Below, in pieces: positions 7,332 through 15,385 of a DNA stretch of 39,640 bases. Source of the stretch: Candidatus Yanofskybacteria bacterium (GTDB lineage: Bacteria > Patescibacteriota > Minisyncoccia > 2-02-FULL-40-12 > IGHO2-01-FULL-4-A); contig JACOZZ010000028.1 in assembly GCA_016181055.1 (NCBI GenBank), positions 1 to 39,640 of the forward strand, given 5' to 3'. The notes under the pieces are model-generated. The model saw only the letters and a list, made by a program, of their open reading frames with translations. It searched no databases and was not told the origin of the DNA. Numbering within the stretch: position 1 is the first letter of the stretch; each line of letters opens with the position of its first letter. Made by a program: the position numbers and the translations under genes.

Positions 7332-7983
7332 AATTTTTGAAATATTCAGGCCCGACCACGAGATGATGGCCGATTGAATCGGGAACAAAAAGATAAAGCA
7401 AAAGGGCGATTATCGCATGAGCCAAACCCAAAAAATATAAGTTTCTATGTTTCAAATATATTTTCGCGCAAACCCAGCCGCCAAAAAAAGTCACTGCCAT
7501 TAAAAACCAATTAGGCATATGGGCTAAAGCAAACAAACCGCCGGCGCCCCACTTAATTCCGGCATTGTTTTCATTTTCAAAAAATCCGGCCAATCTGTTA
7601 ACGAAAAATCCGTTCAAAATGCATTGCTGTAAGAATCCCCACATCACTCCGTAGCTCAAGTTCAATAAAATCAGCGACGGAGCAGTATATCTAACCGTGC
7701 CGAACCACAAACCCAAGAAGAAAATTAAACCTGCCAATATCAGCAGTTTCTTTCCGTATTCCAAAAAACAATTTTTAAAATTCTTGGGCCAAAATCCTAG
7801 TTTACGCAAACCATCACTGTAAAAACCGCTGAGTCCGGCCATGCCCATCAGAATCAAACCGTAAAACCAATCGTAATTGTGAATGTCGTAACCCCGCCAA
7901 ACACCGAACATAATAACGGCAAAAAAACATACGACCCAAAAAAGCTGCGCCCATGCCGATCTCTTCCTCGTACCCATAACCAT
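7330..7983 (-). CDS. CPBP (CAAX/Abi) family membrane protein, degenerate catalytic motifs
   Basis: 217 aa, polytopic. The motif-1 position reads GFLQQCILNGFF (QQ..N where the family has EE..R). FALAHMPN is retained. The last motif is LAHAIIA (HxxxA instead of HxxxN/D). Confidence 0.5.
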   Translation of the reverse strand: MVMGTRKRSAWAQLFWVVCFFAVIMFGVWRGYDIHNYDWFYGLILMGMAGLSGFYSDGLRKLGFWPKNFKNCFLEYGKKLLILAGLIFFLGLWFGTVRYTAPSLILLNLSYGVMWGFLQQCILNGFFVNRLAGFFENENNAGIKWGAGGLFALAHMPNWFLMAVTFFGGWVCAKIYLKHRNLYFLGLAHAIIALLLYLFVPDSIGHHLVVGPEYFKN

Positions 7984-7992
7984 TGCGCCCTC

Positions 7993-8898
7993 CTATACGA
8001 AAAAAAGATGCCTTATTGTGTTAACGGAAGCATGCAAGCCGGCAGAGGAAAAAATGCTGGACGACTTTTGGAATACTTTGCCGTAGATAAAACCGGCAAC
8101 TGTAGCCACGAACATATATCGCCAATTGGGCAATGCTTGCGGACCGTTATTTAAATGCGCAAGGCCGAAAATCAAGGCCGCGGCAAAAATGGTCATATTT
8201 GAAGCTCCGAATTTCTGCATTAACCAATTCTGTATCAATCCCCTGAACAAAATTTCTTCGGGAAGAGCGATTCCGATTATAATTCCGCCGAATATTTTGG
8301 CAGTTTTGATAAAAGACAAATCCGCCGGAATACGAAACGGACCGATGAATCCAAGCATGAGACCGAACGGAATCAATATCGCCGCGGCAGCAAGTAAACC
8401 GTAAAACGGCAGAATAAAATCCCTATGTCCGCGCGGCAAGTTATATTTCATCCCCGTCATTCCCCTAAATAATAAGAACAAGCAGAGAGCCAAAATTACC
8501 GCCGTTCCGGATGCGATGATATGCGCTAAATGGTGGAAATGCGCGCTAAGCCAACCGTTCCACATAGCATATTCTATCGGCAGCCACAGACAAAGCATCA
8601 CAAGAAATTCTATCCAGTGCGCTTCTTTTTGTTTAGGTAAATACCAACTGCCACTTTCATACAAGAGAAAAACCGGCAAAAAGATATAAATAGAGACCAG
8701 ACAAAACGCATTAATAAAGTCGGGAACGGATGTTGAATAATGCGCCGCAATAAGACAGGCGGATATTGTCAAAAGCCACGGCACCCCAAATATAGCCGTG
8801 GGATATTGGAAAAAACATCGCTTGAGTCGGTCCTGCACGGTAGTATTGAGAAGGACCAGTGTCACCAATAAAAATCCGGCACCAACCAAGATTTCCAT
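7993..8898 (-). CDS. CPBP (CAAX/Abi) family intramembrane glutamic protease
   Basis: 301 aa, polytopic. Canonical motifs LPEEILFRGLIQNWL, FGLAHLNN and GLHASVNT are present. Confidence 0.7.
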   Translation of the reverse strand: MEILVGAGFLLVTLVLLNTTVQDRLKRCFFQYPTAIFGVPWLLTISACLIAAHYSTSVPDFINAFCLVSIYIFLPVFLLYESGSWYLPKQKEAHWIEFLVMLCLWLPIEYAMWNGWLSAHFHHLAHIIASGTAVILALCLFLLFRGMTGMKYNLPRGHRDFILPFYGLLAAAAILIPFGLMLGFIGPFRIPADLSFIKTAKIFGGIIIGIALPEEILFRGLIQNWLMQKFGASNMTIFAAALIFGLAHLNNGPQALPNWRYMFVATVAGFIYGKVFQKSSSIFSSAGLHASVNTIRHLFFV

Positions 8899-8957
8899 AA
8901 AAACTCCTGTATTTAGTTTTTAAATGGCTATGGTCATTCTAAAACAAAAGTTGAAAT

Positions 8958-9923
8958 TTACAACCTCTCCGATTTTATTTTGTTCAGTATTTCTTTGACT
9001 CCAACCATACTCGCTTCATCATGTATTGATATCGCAACGGCATTTTTGTTTATTTTCTTTAGCGCGTCCAATTTATTTTTTAGATCTTCTTCAGAAACCA
9101 GATCACTTTTAGTCAAAAAAATGTGCTCTGACTTACCGGCTAGAGCTTGGCTGTAATATCCCAGCTCCTTTCTAATAACAGTATAATCGGCCGAGGGGTT
9201 ATCCGATTCTGCCGAAATTAGATGAAAAATTATTTTTGTCCGTTCAATATGCTTAAGAAATTTTATGCCCAAGCCCTTGCCCGCTGAAGCGCCCTCAATA
9301 AGACCGGGGATATCAGCCAAGATAAGTTCATAATAAACGCCCAAACTGGGCTCAAGCGTAGTAAATGGATAGTTCGCCACCTTGCTCTTGGCGTTAGTAA
9401 GTTCGTTAAGCAAGCTTGATTTACCGGCATTTGGCAAACCGACAAGACCAACGTCTGCTATCAATTTTAGTTCAAAGCTGATAGCAAATACGTCTCCGGC
9501 CTTGCCTTTTGTAAATTGCTTGGGACTGGTATTGGTGGCGGAGCGAAACTTAAAATTACCTATCCCGCCTCGGCCACCATGGGCTATCAATATTCTTTCG
9601 CCGATCTTAACTATTTCTCTCGCCAGTCCGGTTTCAACATTAGTAATTACCGTCCCTACCGGAATTTTAAGTATCAGATCTTTGCCGTCTGTTCCGTCTA
9701 CAGATTGACCTCTGCCGTTACCGCCATTTTCCGTCTTAACCTCCTTTTTATTTCTGAACTGGGCCAGCGCGCTCAAATCAGAGACTCCTTCACAATAAAC
9801 ATCGCCGCCGTTTCCGCCGTTTCCGCCAACCGGTCCAAGACTCATCATATTGCTATTAAAAGCGGCCTTGCCATCGCCGCCGTTTCCGGCCTTTACCTTA
9901 ATCGTAACATTATCTATTAGCAT
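8958..9923 (-). CDS. obg: GTPase Obg
   Basis: Glycine-rich Obg fold (KAGNGGDGKAAFNS, GGNGGNGGDV, HGGRGGIGN). G-domain motifs are GLPNAGKSSLL, DIPGLIEGAS and TKSD. Confidence 0.9.
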   Translation of the reverse strand: MLIDNVTIKVKAGNGGDGKAAFNSNMMSLGPVGGNGGNGGDVYCEGVSDLSALAQFRNKKEVKTENGGNGRGQSVDGTDGKDLILKIPVGTVITNVETGLAREIVKIGERILIAHGGRGGIGNFKFRSATNTSPKQFTKGKAGDVFAISFELKLIADVGLVGLPNAGKSSLLNELTNAKSKVANYPFTTLEPSLGVYYELILADIPGLIEGASAGKGLGIKFLKHIERTKIIFHLISAESDNPSADYTVIRKELGYYSQALAGKSEHIFLTKSDLVSEEDLKNKLDALKKINKNAVAISIHDEASMVGVKEILNKIKSERL

Positions 9924-9949
9924 ATTGTTTAAAGAGAAAAATCCTTATT

Positions 9950-10145
9950 AAACCTGAGGCGAATCCCCAGAGCGTAAGCTCGAGGGATGAAACCAAGCCC
10001 CGGAGCGAAGCCGAGCAAAGCTCGGCTGAGCGGAGGGGTTTAAGCTTCAAGCTCCGCGTCGCAATGATGCGGCTGAATAGCCGCTGTGCGGGTATCTCTG
10101 GCACCTTAGGTGCCAGAGATACCATGGGCGTAGGCCCATGGAGCT
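9950..10145. other. GC-rich multi-hairpin spacer between the helicase and obg (unassigned structured element)
   Basis: Hand-paired hairpins: GAGC-GTAA-GCTC 9970-9981; AGCCGAGC-AAA-GCTCGGCT 10009-10027; GCGGC-TGAATA-GCCGC 10069-10084; a perfect 15-bp stem GGTATCTCTGGCACC/GGTGCCAGAGATACC 10091-10123; CCATGGGC-GTAG-GCCCATGG 10122-10141. Confidence 0.45.
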
Positions 10146-10156
10146 TCATTTTAAAT

Positions 10157-11458
10157 TTATCTAAATCCTCTGCCGCGACCCGCATCGCGGCGAGAAAAGC
10201 TACTCCTGCGACGGCCCGGCTGATTATGCGAAGGCCTGCTTGGCCGATATTGCGGCATAGACCCGAACCGCGTAGCCGGAACCGGCACTATAGCCGGCCG
10301 GCCGGCCGGCGAAGCAGGCAGTTCGGGCAATTTGGACAACGGCAAACTCTTGCGAATAAGCCGCTCTATGGCGCGAACTTCTCTAAACTCTTCCGGCATG
10401 GCAAATGTAACCGCATGACCACTGGCTCCGGCACGCGCCGTCCGGCCGATGCGATGAACATAATCATTCGGGCTTGATGGCAGATCATAATTAACCACCA
10501 GCTCAATACCCCTTACGTCTATGCCCCGTGAAGCGATGTCGGTAGCAACCAGCGCCCGATATTTGCCGGACCTGAATCCTTCCAGCGCCTCGTGCCGTTG
10601 ATTAAGAGAACGGTTGGAATGTATCTCCGCGGCACTGATACCGACGGCCTTCAATTGGCGCATAACCTTCTTGGCGCCATACTTTGTCCTGGTAAATACG
10701 AGAGCTGAGCCAAGATAGCTCTCCAACAATTTATTTAAAAGAGGAGATTTCTGATGGCTGCCCACAATAAAGAGCTCCTGGGTAACACTTTCAACGGTCG
10801 TCCCCGCTGGCGACATTTCCACTCGTATCGGCAGTTTCATGTGGCCGGCCGCCATCCTCATAATCTCCGGTGGCATGGTCGCCGAAAAAAGCATGGTCTG
10901 CCGATCCCTGGGCAACACGCGAAAGATTTGGTTTATCTGGGGAGCGAACCCCATGTCTAGCATCCTATCGGCCTCATCCAAAACTACGATTTTAACATCG
11001 TTCAAATGTATATTCTTTTGCTGTAAGTGGTCTAATAAACGGCCTGGAGTAGCAACAATAACATGCGGCTTAGATGCAATGGCTCGCCTTTGAGGAGCAA
11101 GCGAGGCACCGCCGATCAAAACCGCCGTCCTCAATTTGATATCTCTACCTATTCTGACAAGAGCCTCATCCACCTGCAGTGCCAATTCTCGCGTAGGCAA
11201 AATCACCAACCCTTGCCCCTTGATCTGGGCCAAACGTTGAAGCATGGGAATGCCGAATGCCAAGGTCTTGCCGGTCCCGGTCTGGGCGATGCCGACTATA
11301 TCCTTGCCCTGTATCGCTACAGGAATCGCCTGAGACTGAATAGGCGTCGGCGACTTGAAACCAGACCTCTCCAGAATATCTAAAAGCCTGGGAGCGATAC
11401 CCAGGCCGTAAAAACTCGCTGTTTTTTCGTGCTTATGTTGTTCGATTTTATCAGTCAT
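10157..11458 (-). CDS. DEAD-box ATP-dependent RNA helicase with Arg/Gly-rich C-terminal tail
   Basis: Motifs AQTGTGKT, PTRELA, VLDEADRM, SAT and HRIGRTARAG. The C-terminal tail is RRRSSFSRRDAGRGRGFR. Confidence 0.9.
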   Translation of the reverse strand: MTDKIEQHKHEKTASFYGLGIAPRLLDILERSGFKSPTPIQSQAIPVAIQGKDIVGIAQTGTGKTLAFGIPMLQRLAQIKGQGLVILPTRELALQVDEALVRIGRDIKLRTAVLIGGASLAPQRRAIASKPHVIVATPGRLLDHLQQKNIHLNDVKIVVLDEADRMLDMGFAPQINQIFRVLPRDRQTMLFSATMPPEIMRMAAGHMKLPIRVEMSPAGTTVESVTQELFIVGSHQKSPLLNKLLESYLGSALVFTRTKYGAKKVMRQLKAVGISAAEIHSNRSLNQRHEALEGFRSGKYRALVATDIASRGIDVRGIELVVNYDLPSSPNDYVHRIGRTARAGASGHAVTFAMPEEFREVRAIERLIRKSLPLSKLPELPASPAGRPAIVPVPATRFGSMPQYRPSRPSHNQPGRRRSSFSRRDAGRGRGFR

Positions 11459-11516
11459 CAGTTAGCTACGCGTCTTTTCCTTTAAAAAGAGTTAGACCCA
11501 TATTTAGTCTGCTCAC

Positions 11517-11545
11517 ATCATACAATAAATAAACAAAAAAATCAA
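11517..11545 (-). promoter_or_regulatory. Putative sigma70-type promoter of the helicase gene
   Basis: Minus strand reads TTGATT (11545-11540), a 17-nt spacer, then TATGAT (11522-11517), about 58 nt upstream of the ATG. Confidence 0.4.
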
Positions 11546-11710
11546 GTTTTTGCTTGAAATTTTTTCTGCAACTTATTGCGAGCCGTAATAGACGTTAGAA
11601 CTTGGATTATGAATAATCGTAGCAATTTCTACTTGCCAGTTCTAGCGACGAAGTATATTAAAACGAAAGAGCCCCACACTGGAAGAGCGTGGTGCTCTCC
11701 GTGCAGGGCT

Positions 11711-11935
11711 TCAGACAGGGCTGAACTCGTCGAACATGTAGGCTCCCGTGCTGCCGTCGTTGTGGGTGACCCACCAAACATCGCCACCACGTCCAGGAAC
11801 ATATCCTGACACTTCGCCTTCCCTGTTGGGCTGGCGAGCGTCGAGATGCTTCTGGGCAATGAGCATGCCCGTAGTTTTGCCGAGCCGCTTACTTGTCTTC
11901 ACTTTCAATCCGACTTTCACTTTCTCCAGTTGCAT
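11711..11935 (-). CDS. Small hypothetical protein (74 aa)
   Basis: AAGGAG lies 7 nt upstream of the ATG. A hairpin (AGAGCCCCAC...GTGGTGCTCT, 11664-11700) plus a T-rich tract follows the stop. The segment is locally GC-rich and open in several frames. No family recognised. Confidence 0.5.
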   Translation of the reverse strand: MQLEKVKVGLKVKTSKRLGKTTGMLIAQKHLDARQPNREGEVSGYVPGRGGDVWWVTHNDGSTGAYMFDEFSPV

Positions 11936-12004
11936 GGCAGTCTCCTTTATCTCGAATCAAGATAATTTAATTATACCACATCTCTGTGGTTAATGCAAGT
12001 TTTG

Positions 12005-12075
12005 CTGCCGGGCTTGGATTCGAACCAAGATGACATGATTCAGAGTCATGTATCCTACCATTAGATGACCCGGCA
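12005..12075 (-). tRNA. tRNA-Gln (anticodon CTG)
   Basis: A 71-nt cloverleaf was folded by hand. The acceptor is TGCCGGG/CCCGGCA (U1:A72, typical of bacterial tRNA-Gln). The anticodon arm is CATGA-CTCTGAA-TCATG and the T arm is CTTGG-TTCGAAT-CCAAG. The discriminator is G and CCA is not encoded. Confidence 0.9.
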
Positions 12076-12079
12076 ATAA

Positions 12080-12322
12080 TTATTGCAATCTTCTTTTTAA
12101 GTACGCTCTTCCAAAACCTGTTTTCAGTTGTTTTTCTCTAGAAATAGCTCCCGTCTTTGATTTGCAAGCTTCGTAATATAACAAATCTAGCGGCATTCTA
12201 TACTTAGTCGCACCTACGCCTCCCCTATTGTGCATAATTACCCGCTTATTTAAATCAGTAGTCCAGCCAATATATAACTGCCCATCCTTTTGACTTTTTA
12301 AAACGTACGTATAGAAAAACAT
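12080..12322 (-). CDS. GIY-YIG (URI-domain) nuclease family protein
   Basis: 80 aa from the ATG at 12322. MFFYTYVLKSQKDGQLYIGWTTDLNKRVIMHN, then REKQLK, matches the small stand-alone GIY-YIG pattern. Its stop lies 4 nt from the 5' end of tRNA-Gln. Confidence 0.75.
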   Translation of the reverse strand: MFFYTYVLKSQKDGQLYIGWTTDLNKRVIMHNRGGVGATKYRMPLDLLYYEACKSKTGAISREKQLKTGFGRAYLKRRLQ

Positions 12323-12324
12323 GT

Positions 12325-12376
12325 TTAGATGACCTGCCCGCAATGCTACGCATAGCGTTGCAGGCGGGCCCGGCAA
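12325..12376 (-). repeat. Split duplicate of the tRNA-Gln 5' end interrupted by a 36-nt GC-rich hairpin
   Basis: Minus strand reads TTGCCGGG-[CCCGCCTGCAACGCTATGCGTAGCATTGCGGGCAGG]-TCATCTAA, and the GIY-YIG ATG follows 2 nt later. The intact tRNA begins (T)TGCCGGGTCATCTAA at 12076-12061. The insert folds as roughly a 6+7-bp hairpin. Confidence 0.6.
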
Positions 12377-12444
12377 ATCTAACAAATTCTACAATAAAAA
12401 AAGCGTTTTTACAACGCCTAAAATTAGCAAATAGAAAATAAAAA

Positions 12445-13353
12445 CTAAATCCTAAGGTGTCTCTTTATCGCTATTGCGCTTGAGACTACGCCGAGAAATA
12501 CGCCAAGCAGAACGACCATCACCACGACCTGCGGCACTCCGACAAGAAAGTAACCGAAAAAGTTGATGCCGGGTGCGAAAGCGGCAATTTTGTCTGAAGC
12601 AAAAAAGGCAATCGGGTAAAAAACAGCGAGCGCTATAACTGCGGCAAACAATCCGTATAATCCGCCTTCGGCCAAATATGGCCCGCGTATATGCCAGTTG
12701 GAAGCGCCGACGAGGCGCATTATCTCTATCTCCTGCTTCTGGCTGAAAATAGTAAGCCGGACAGTATTAAACGTGACCATAACCGCAATCAGGACAAGCA
12801 CCAGTGTTACTATCAGGCCCCAGCCCCTGATGCCGCGCGAAATGCTTTCTATTCGCTCAATTACCCCCTTGTTTTCATAAAAATTAATTTTATCAATTAC
12901 GCTACGGAGCGCGCTCGCCTCCAAAAATTCTGCAATTGCCGCGTACTGCGACGTATCTTTGGTTTTTATGTTCAGCGACGCCGCCAAAGGATTGCCGTCC
13001 AGCTGTTCCAAAGATTCCTGAATCAGCTCATCCTGCGCGTGGCGCGCCCTGAAATCAGCCAAGGCCTGTTCCTGGGAAATATAAGTTACATTGGCGACTT
13101 CCGGTAGAATTGAAAGGTCGGATTTGATCTTAAGCGCCTGTTCTTCGGTGGCATCCGCCTTGAAATAGGCGCTGATGTCAATTTTTTCCTGTAATGATGC
13201 GACTATCTGCGAGCTCAAAAACTGAAGCGATAAAAGCCCCAAAAACAATATCAAAACCAAAGCCATAATGCTGGTCGCGGCAAAACTCAGATAGCTGTTA
13301 CGCCTGAAATTCGTCCACCCGGAATCAATAATTTTTTTGAAATTTGTAGCCAT
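12445..13353 (-). CDS. ftsX: Cell-division ABC transporter permease FtsX
   Basis: 302 aa. The topology is an N-terminal TM, a periplasmic-type loop and 3 C-terminal TMs. It lies immediately downstream of ftsE, separated by 1 nt. Confidence 0.8.
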   Translation of the reverse strand: MATNFKKIIDSGWTNFRRNSYLSFAATSIMALVLILFLGLLSLQFLSSQIVASLQEKIDISAYFKADATEEQALKIKSDLSILPEVANVTYISQEQALADFRARHAQDELIQESLEQLDGNPLAASLNIKTKDTSQYAAIAEFLEASALRSVIDKINFYENKGVIERIESISRGIRGWGLIVTLVLVLIAVMVTFNTVRLTIFSQKQEIEIMRLVGASNWHIRGPYLAEGGLYGLFAAVIALAVFYPIAFFASDKIAAFAPGINFFGYFLVGVPQVVVMVVLLGVFLGVVSSAIAIKRHLRI

Positions 13354-13354
13354 A

Positions 13355-14038
13355 TTATATTACATATCTCCCATTGTGAGTTTGATCGCGGACTATTTTG
13401 CCCTTATCCATGCTCACCACCCTGCGCCCGATGGTATTTACAATGTTAGTATCATGCGAAGCCAAGACTACCGTCGTGCCAAGCTCATTTATCTTCAATA
13501 ATAATTTTACCACGTCATAGCTGTTTACCAAATCCAAGTTGCCGGTCGGCTCATCGGCCAGAAGTATCTTGGGCCGGTGTATCATGGCGCGCGCGATGGC
13601 CAGCCGCTGTTTCTCGCCGCCAGACAATTGTTCGGGAAAGCTCTCCAATTTATCTCTCAAGCCGACAATAGATAAAATCTGCGGCGCGTCTTTCTCTATC
13701 TCTTCGGCCGCGGCGCCGGACACCTCCATTGCAAAAGCCACATTCTCATAGGCATTTTTCTTAGACAATAATTTGAAGTCCTGATAAACGGTGCCGATCT
13801 TTCGGCGTAAATAAGGGATATCGCTGTCCTTAATATCGGCAAGGTCCACCCCCTCAATAAAAACATTGCCGGACGTCGGCCGCTCTTCTTTGGTTAACAT
13901 CTTGAGCAACGTTGATTTGCCCGCGCCAGACATCCCCACCAGACATACGAACTCTCCTGGCTTTATCTCCAGGTTAATATCGTTTAAGACGACATCGTGC
14001 GGCTCGTATATTTTTTTAACTTTCTGGAATTTAATCAA
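13355..14038 (-). CDS. ftsE: Cell-division ATP-binding protein FtsE
   Basis: Walker [13 protein letters not shown] signature LSGGEKQR and Walker [13 protein letters not shown]. Confidence 0.85.
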   Translation of the reverse strand: MIKFQKVKKIYEPHDVVLNDINLEIKPGEFVCLVGMSGAGKSTLLKMLTKEERPTSGNVFIEGVDLADIKDSDIPYLRRKIGTVYQDFKLLSKKNAYENVAFAMEVSGAAAEEIEKDAPQILSIVGLRDKLESFPEQLSGGEKQRLAIARAMIHRPKILLADEPTGNLDLVNSYDVVKLLLKINELGTTVVLASHDTNIVNTIGRRVVSMDKGKIVRDQTHNGRYVI

Positions 14039-14118
14039 CGAATTAGAATCTAGAAGCTAGAAAATAGAATCTAGAATAAATTTGGTTCTTGGTTTCTATT
14101 TTCTACTTTCTACTTTCT
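14039..14118. repeat. TAGAA/ATTCTAG heptamer palindromic repeat element (family copy B, inverted orientation)
   Basis: The reverse complement of 14044-14077 contains ATTCTAGATTCTATTTTCTAGCTTCTA, matching 26/27 of the core. The partner arm TCTATTTTCTACTTTCTACTTTCTG (14094-14118) overlaps the last codons and TAG stop of prfB. Confidence 0.8.
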
Positions 14119-15181
14119 GTTTTCTTGTACCAGTTCCGCCTCAATAAACTCGTCTAATTCCCCCTCCAATACTTTATCCGGCTGACTTGATTCAATTCCG
14201 GTGCGGTGGTCTTTGACCTGTTTATAGGGATTGAGGACATAGGAACGTATTTGGCTTCCCCACTCTATTTCGCGTGATTCGGCACGCAACTGGGTCAACT
14301 CGGCAGTTTTTTGATCTTCCATCAATTTAGCCAGCCGCGACTTGAGAATCTGCATGGCTTTTTCTTTATTCTGCGCCTGCGAGCGCTCTGATTGCACGGC
14401 AACCGCTATATTTGTAGGAATATGCGTAACGCGCACAGCAGTTTCAAGCTTATTTACATTCTGGCCGCCCGGACCGGATGAACGAAATGTATCCACCCGC
14501 AGATCTTTGGTATCAATTTCTATTTTAGCATCCTCCAGCTCCGGCAAAATATCAACAAGCACAAACGAAGTATGGCGCAGCCCCTTAGCTGAAAATGGCG
14601 AAATCCTTACCAACCGGTGCACGCCGGACTCGCCCTTCAGATAACCATAGGCGAACCGCCCGCCGATTTCCGCAACTGCACTTTTGGTGCCGCTCTGTTC
14701 GCCAAGCGACTGGTCTAAGACTGTAAAATTCCAACCCCGGCCTTCCACGTATTTTTTATACATTTTCAAAAGCATAGACGCCCAATCCTGCGCATCTACC
14801 CCACCGGCACCTGAATAAATATAAAGAAGAGCATTGCCGCGATCATATTTACCGGACAAAAACACTTTTACATATTGCTTGCCAAAGTCAGACTTGAACT
14901 CCGCGATCTCTGAAGAATGTTCGGAGAGCTCAGAGTCGTTCATTTTCAAAAAATCTCCGATTTTTTTTTCAAAATCATACCAAAAGCCAATTTCTTCTTT
15001 TAAATCATTTAATTCTTTGGACAATCGGCCTGCTTTTTCATGGTCTTTCCAAAAATCCGGCGATTGCATCTGTAATTCAATATCGCCGGTTTTTAATTTT
15101 GCGCCATCCAGGTCAAAGCCGCCCTCTTACCGAGGGAAGTTTTTTCTGCATATCCTCAAGAATTTCTCGCGGATCTTGCAT
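14110..15181 (-). CDS. prfB: Peptide chain release factor 2, with programmed +1 frameshift
   Basis: Frame 0 gives ATG(15181) MQDPREILEDMQKKLPSVRGRL then CTT TGA C (15118-15112). The +1 frame continues DLDGAKLKTGDIELQMQSPDFW... into ORF 14110-15069. SPF (RISPFSA) and GGQ (SGPGGQNVNK) motifs are present. Confidence 0.92.
15112..15127 (-). promoter_or_regulatory. RF2 autoregulatory +1 frameshift site
   Basis: AGAGGG CGG CTT TGA C: an SD-like element sits 3 nt upstream of the slippery CUU UGA C, matching the conserved bacterial prfB arrangement. Confidence 0.85.
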
Positions 15182-15219
15182 TGTTCAATTATATCAAAAG
15201 CTGTAGAAAATTAAAACGG

Positions 15220-15292
15220 AGCCGGAGGTGAGATTCGAACTCACGACCTCTACTTTACGAAAGTATTGCTCTGCCAACTGAGCTACTCCGGC
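15220..15292 (-). tRNA. tRNA-Thr (anticodon CGT)
   Basis: 73 nt. The acceptor is GCCGGAG/CTCCGGC, the D arm is GCTC-AGTTGGCA-GAGC, the anticodon loop is TTCGTAA and the T arm is GTGAG-TTCGAAT-CTCAC. CCA is not encoded. Confidence 0.88.
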
Positions 15293-15385
15293 TTATTTTT
15301 TTTCAAGCCCGCATTATCGGCTCTTCTGTGTTTCCGCAGTATATGTTATCATATTTTTAGCAGTTTTAAAAGACGGAAAGGCATC

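Noticed and set aside
9950-10145. Identification of the structured spacers (here and at 27756-27803) as SRP RNA, tmRNA or 6S RNA
   Set aside because: I found no SRP domain IV motif (GGAAGCAGCC-like). There is no tRNA-like 3' end or tag ORF for tmRNA, and no 6S-like central bubble architecture that I could fold. They are left unassigned.
9910-10185. 91-aa ORF covering the helicase-obg spacer
   Set aside because: It starts inside the helicase CDS and overlaps the obg start. It has no RBS. Its openness is explained by the GC-rich hairpins.
15266-15385. N-terminal 40 residues of ORF 15266-15634
   Set aside because: This part overlaps tRNA-Thr on the opposite strand. An internal ATG at 15386 with a GGAAAGG RBS is the more plausible start.
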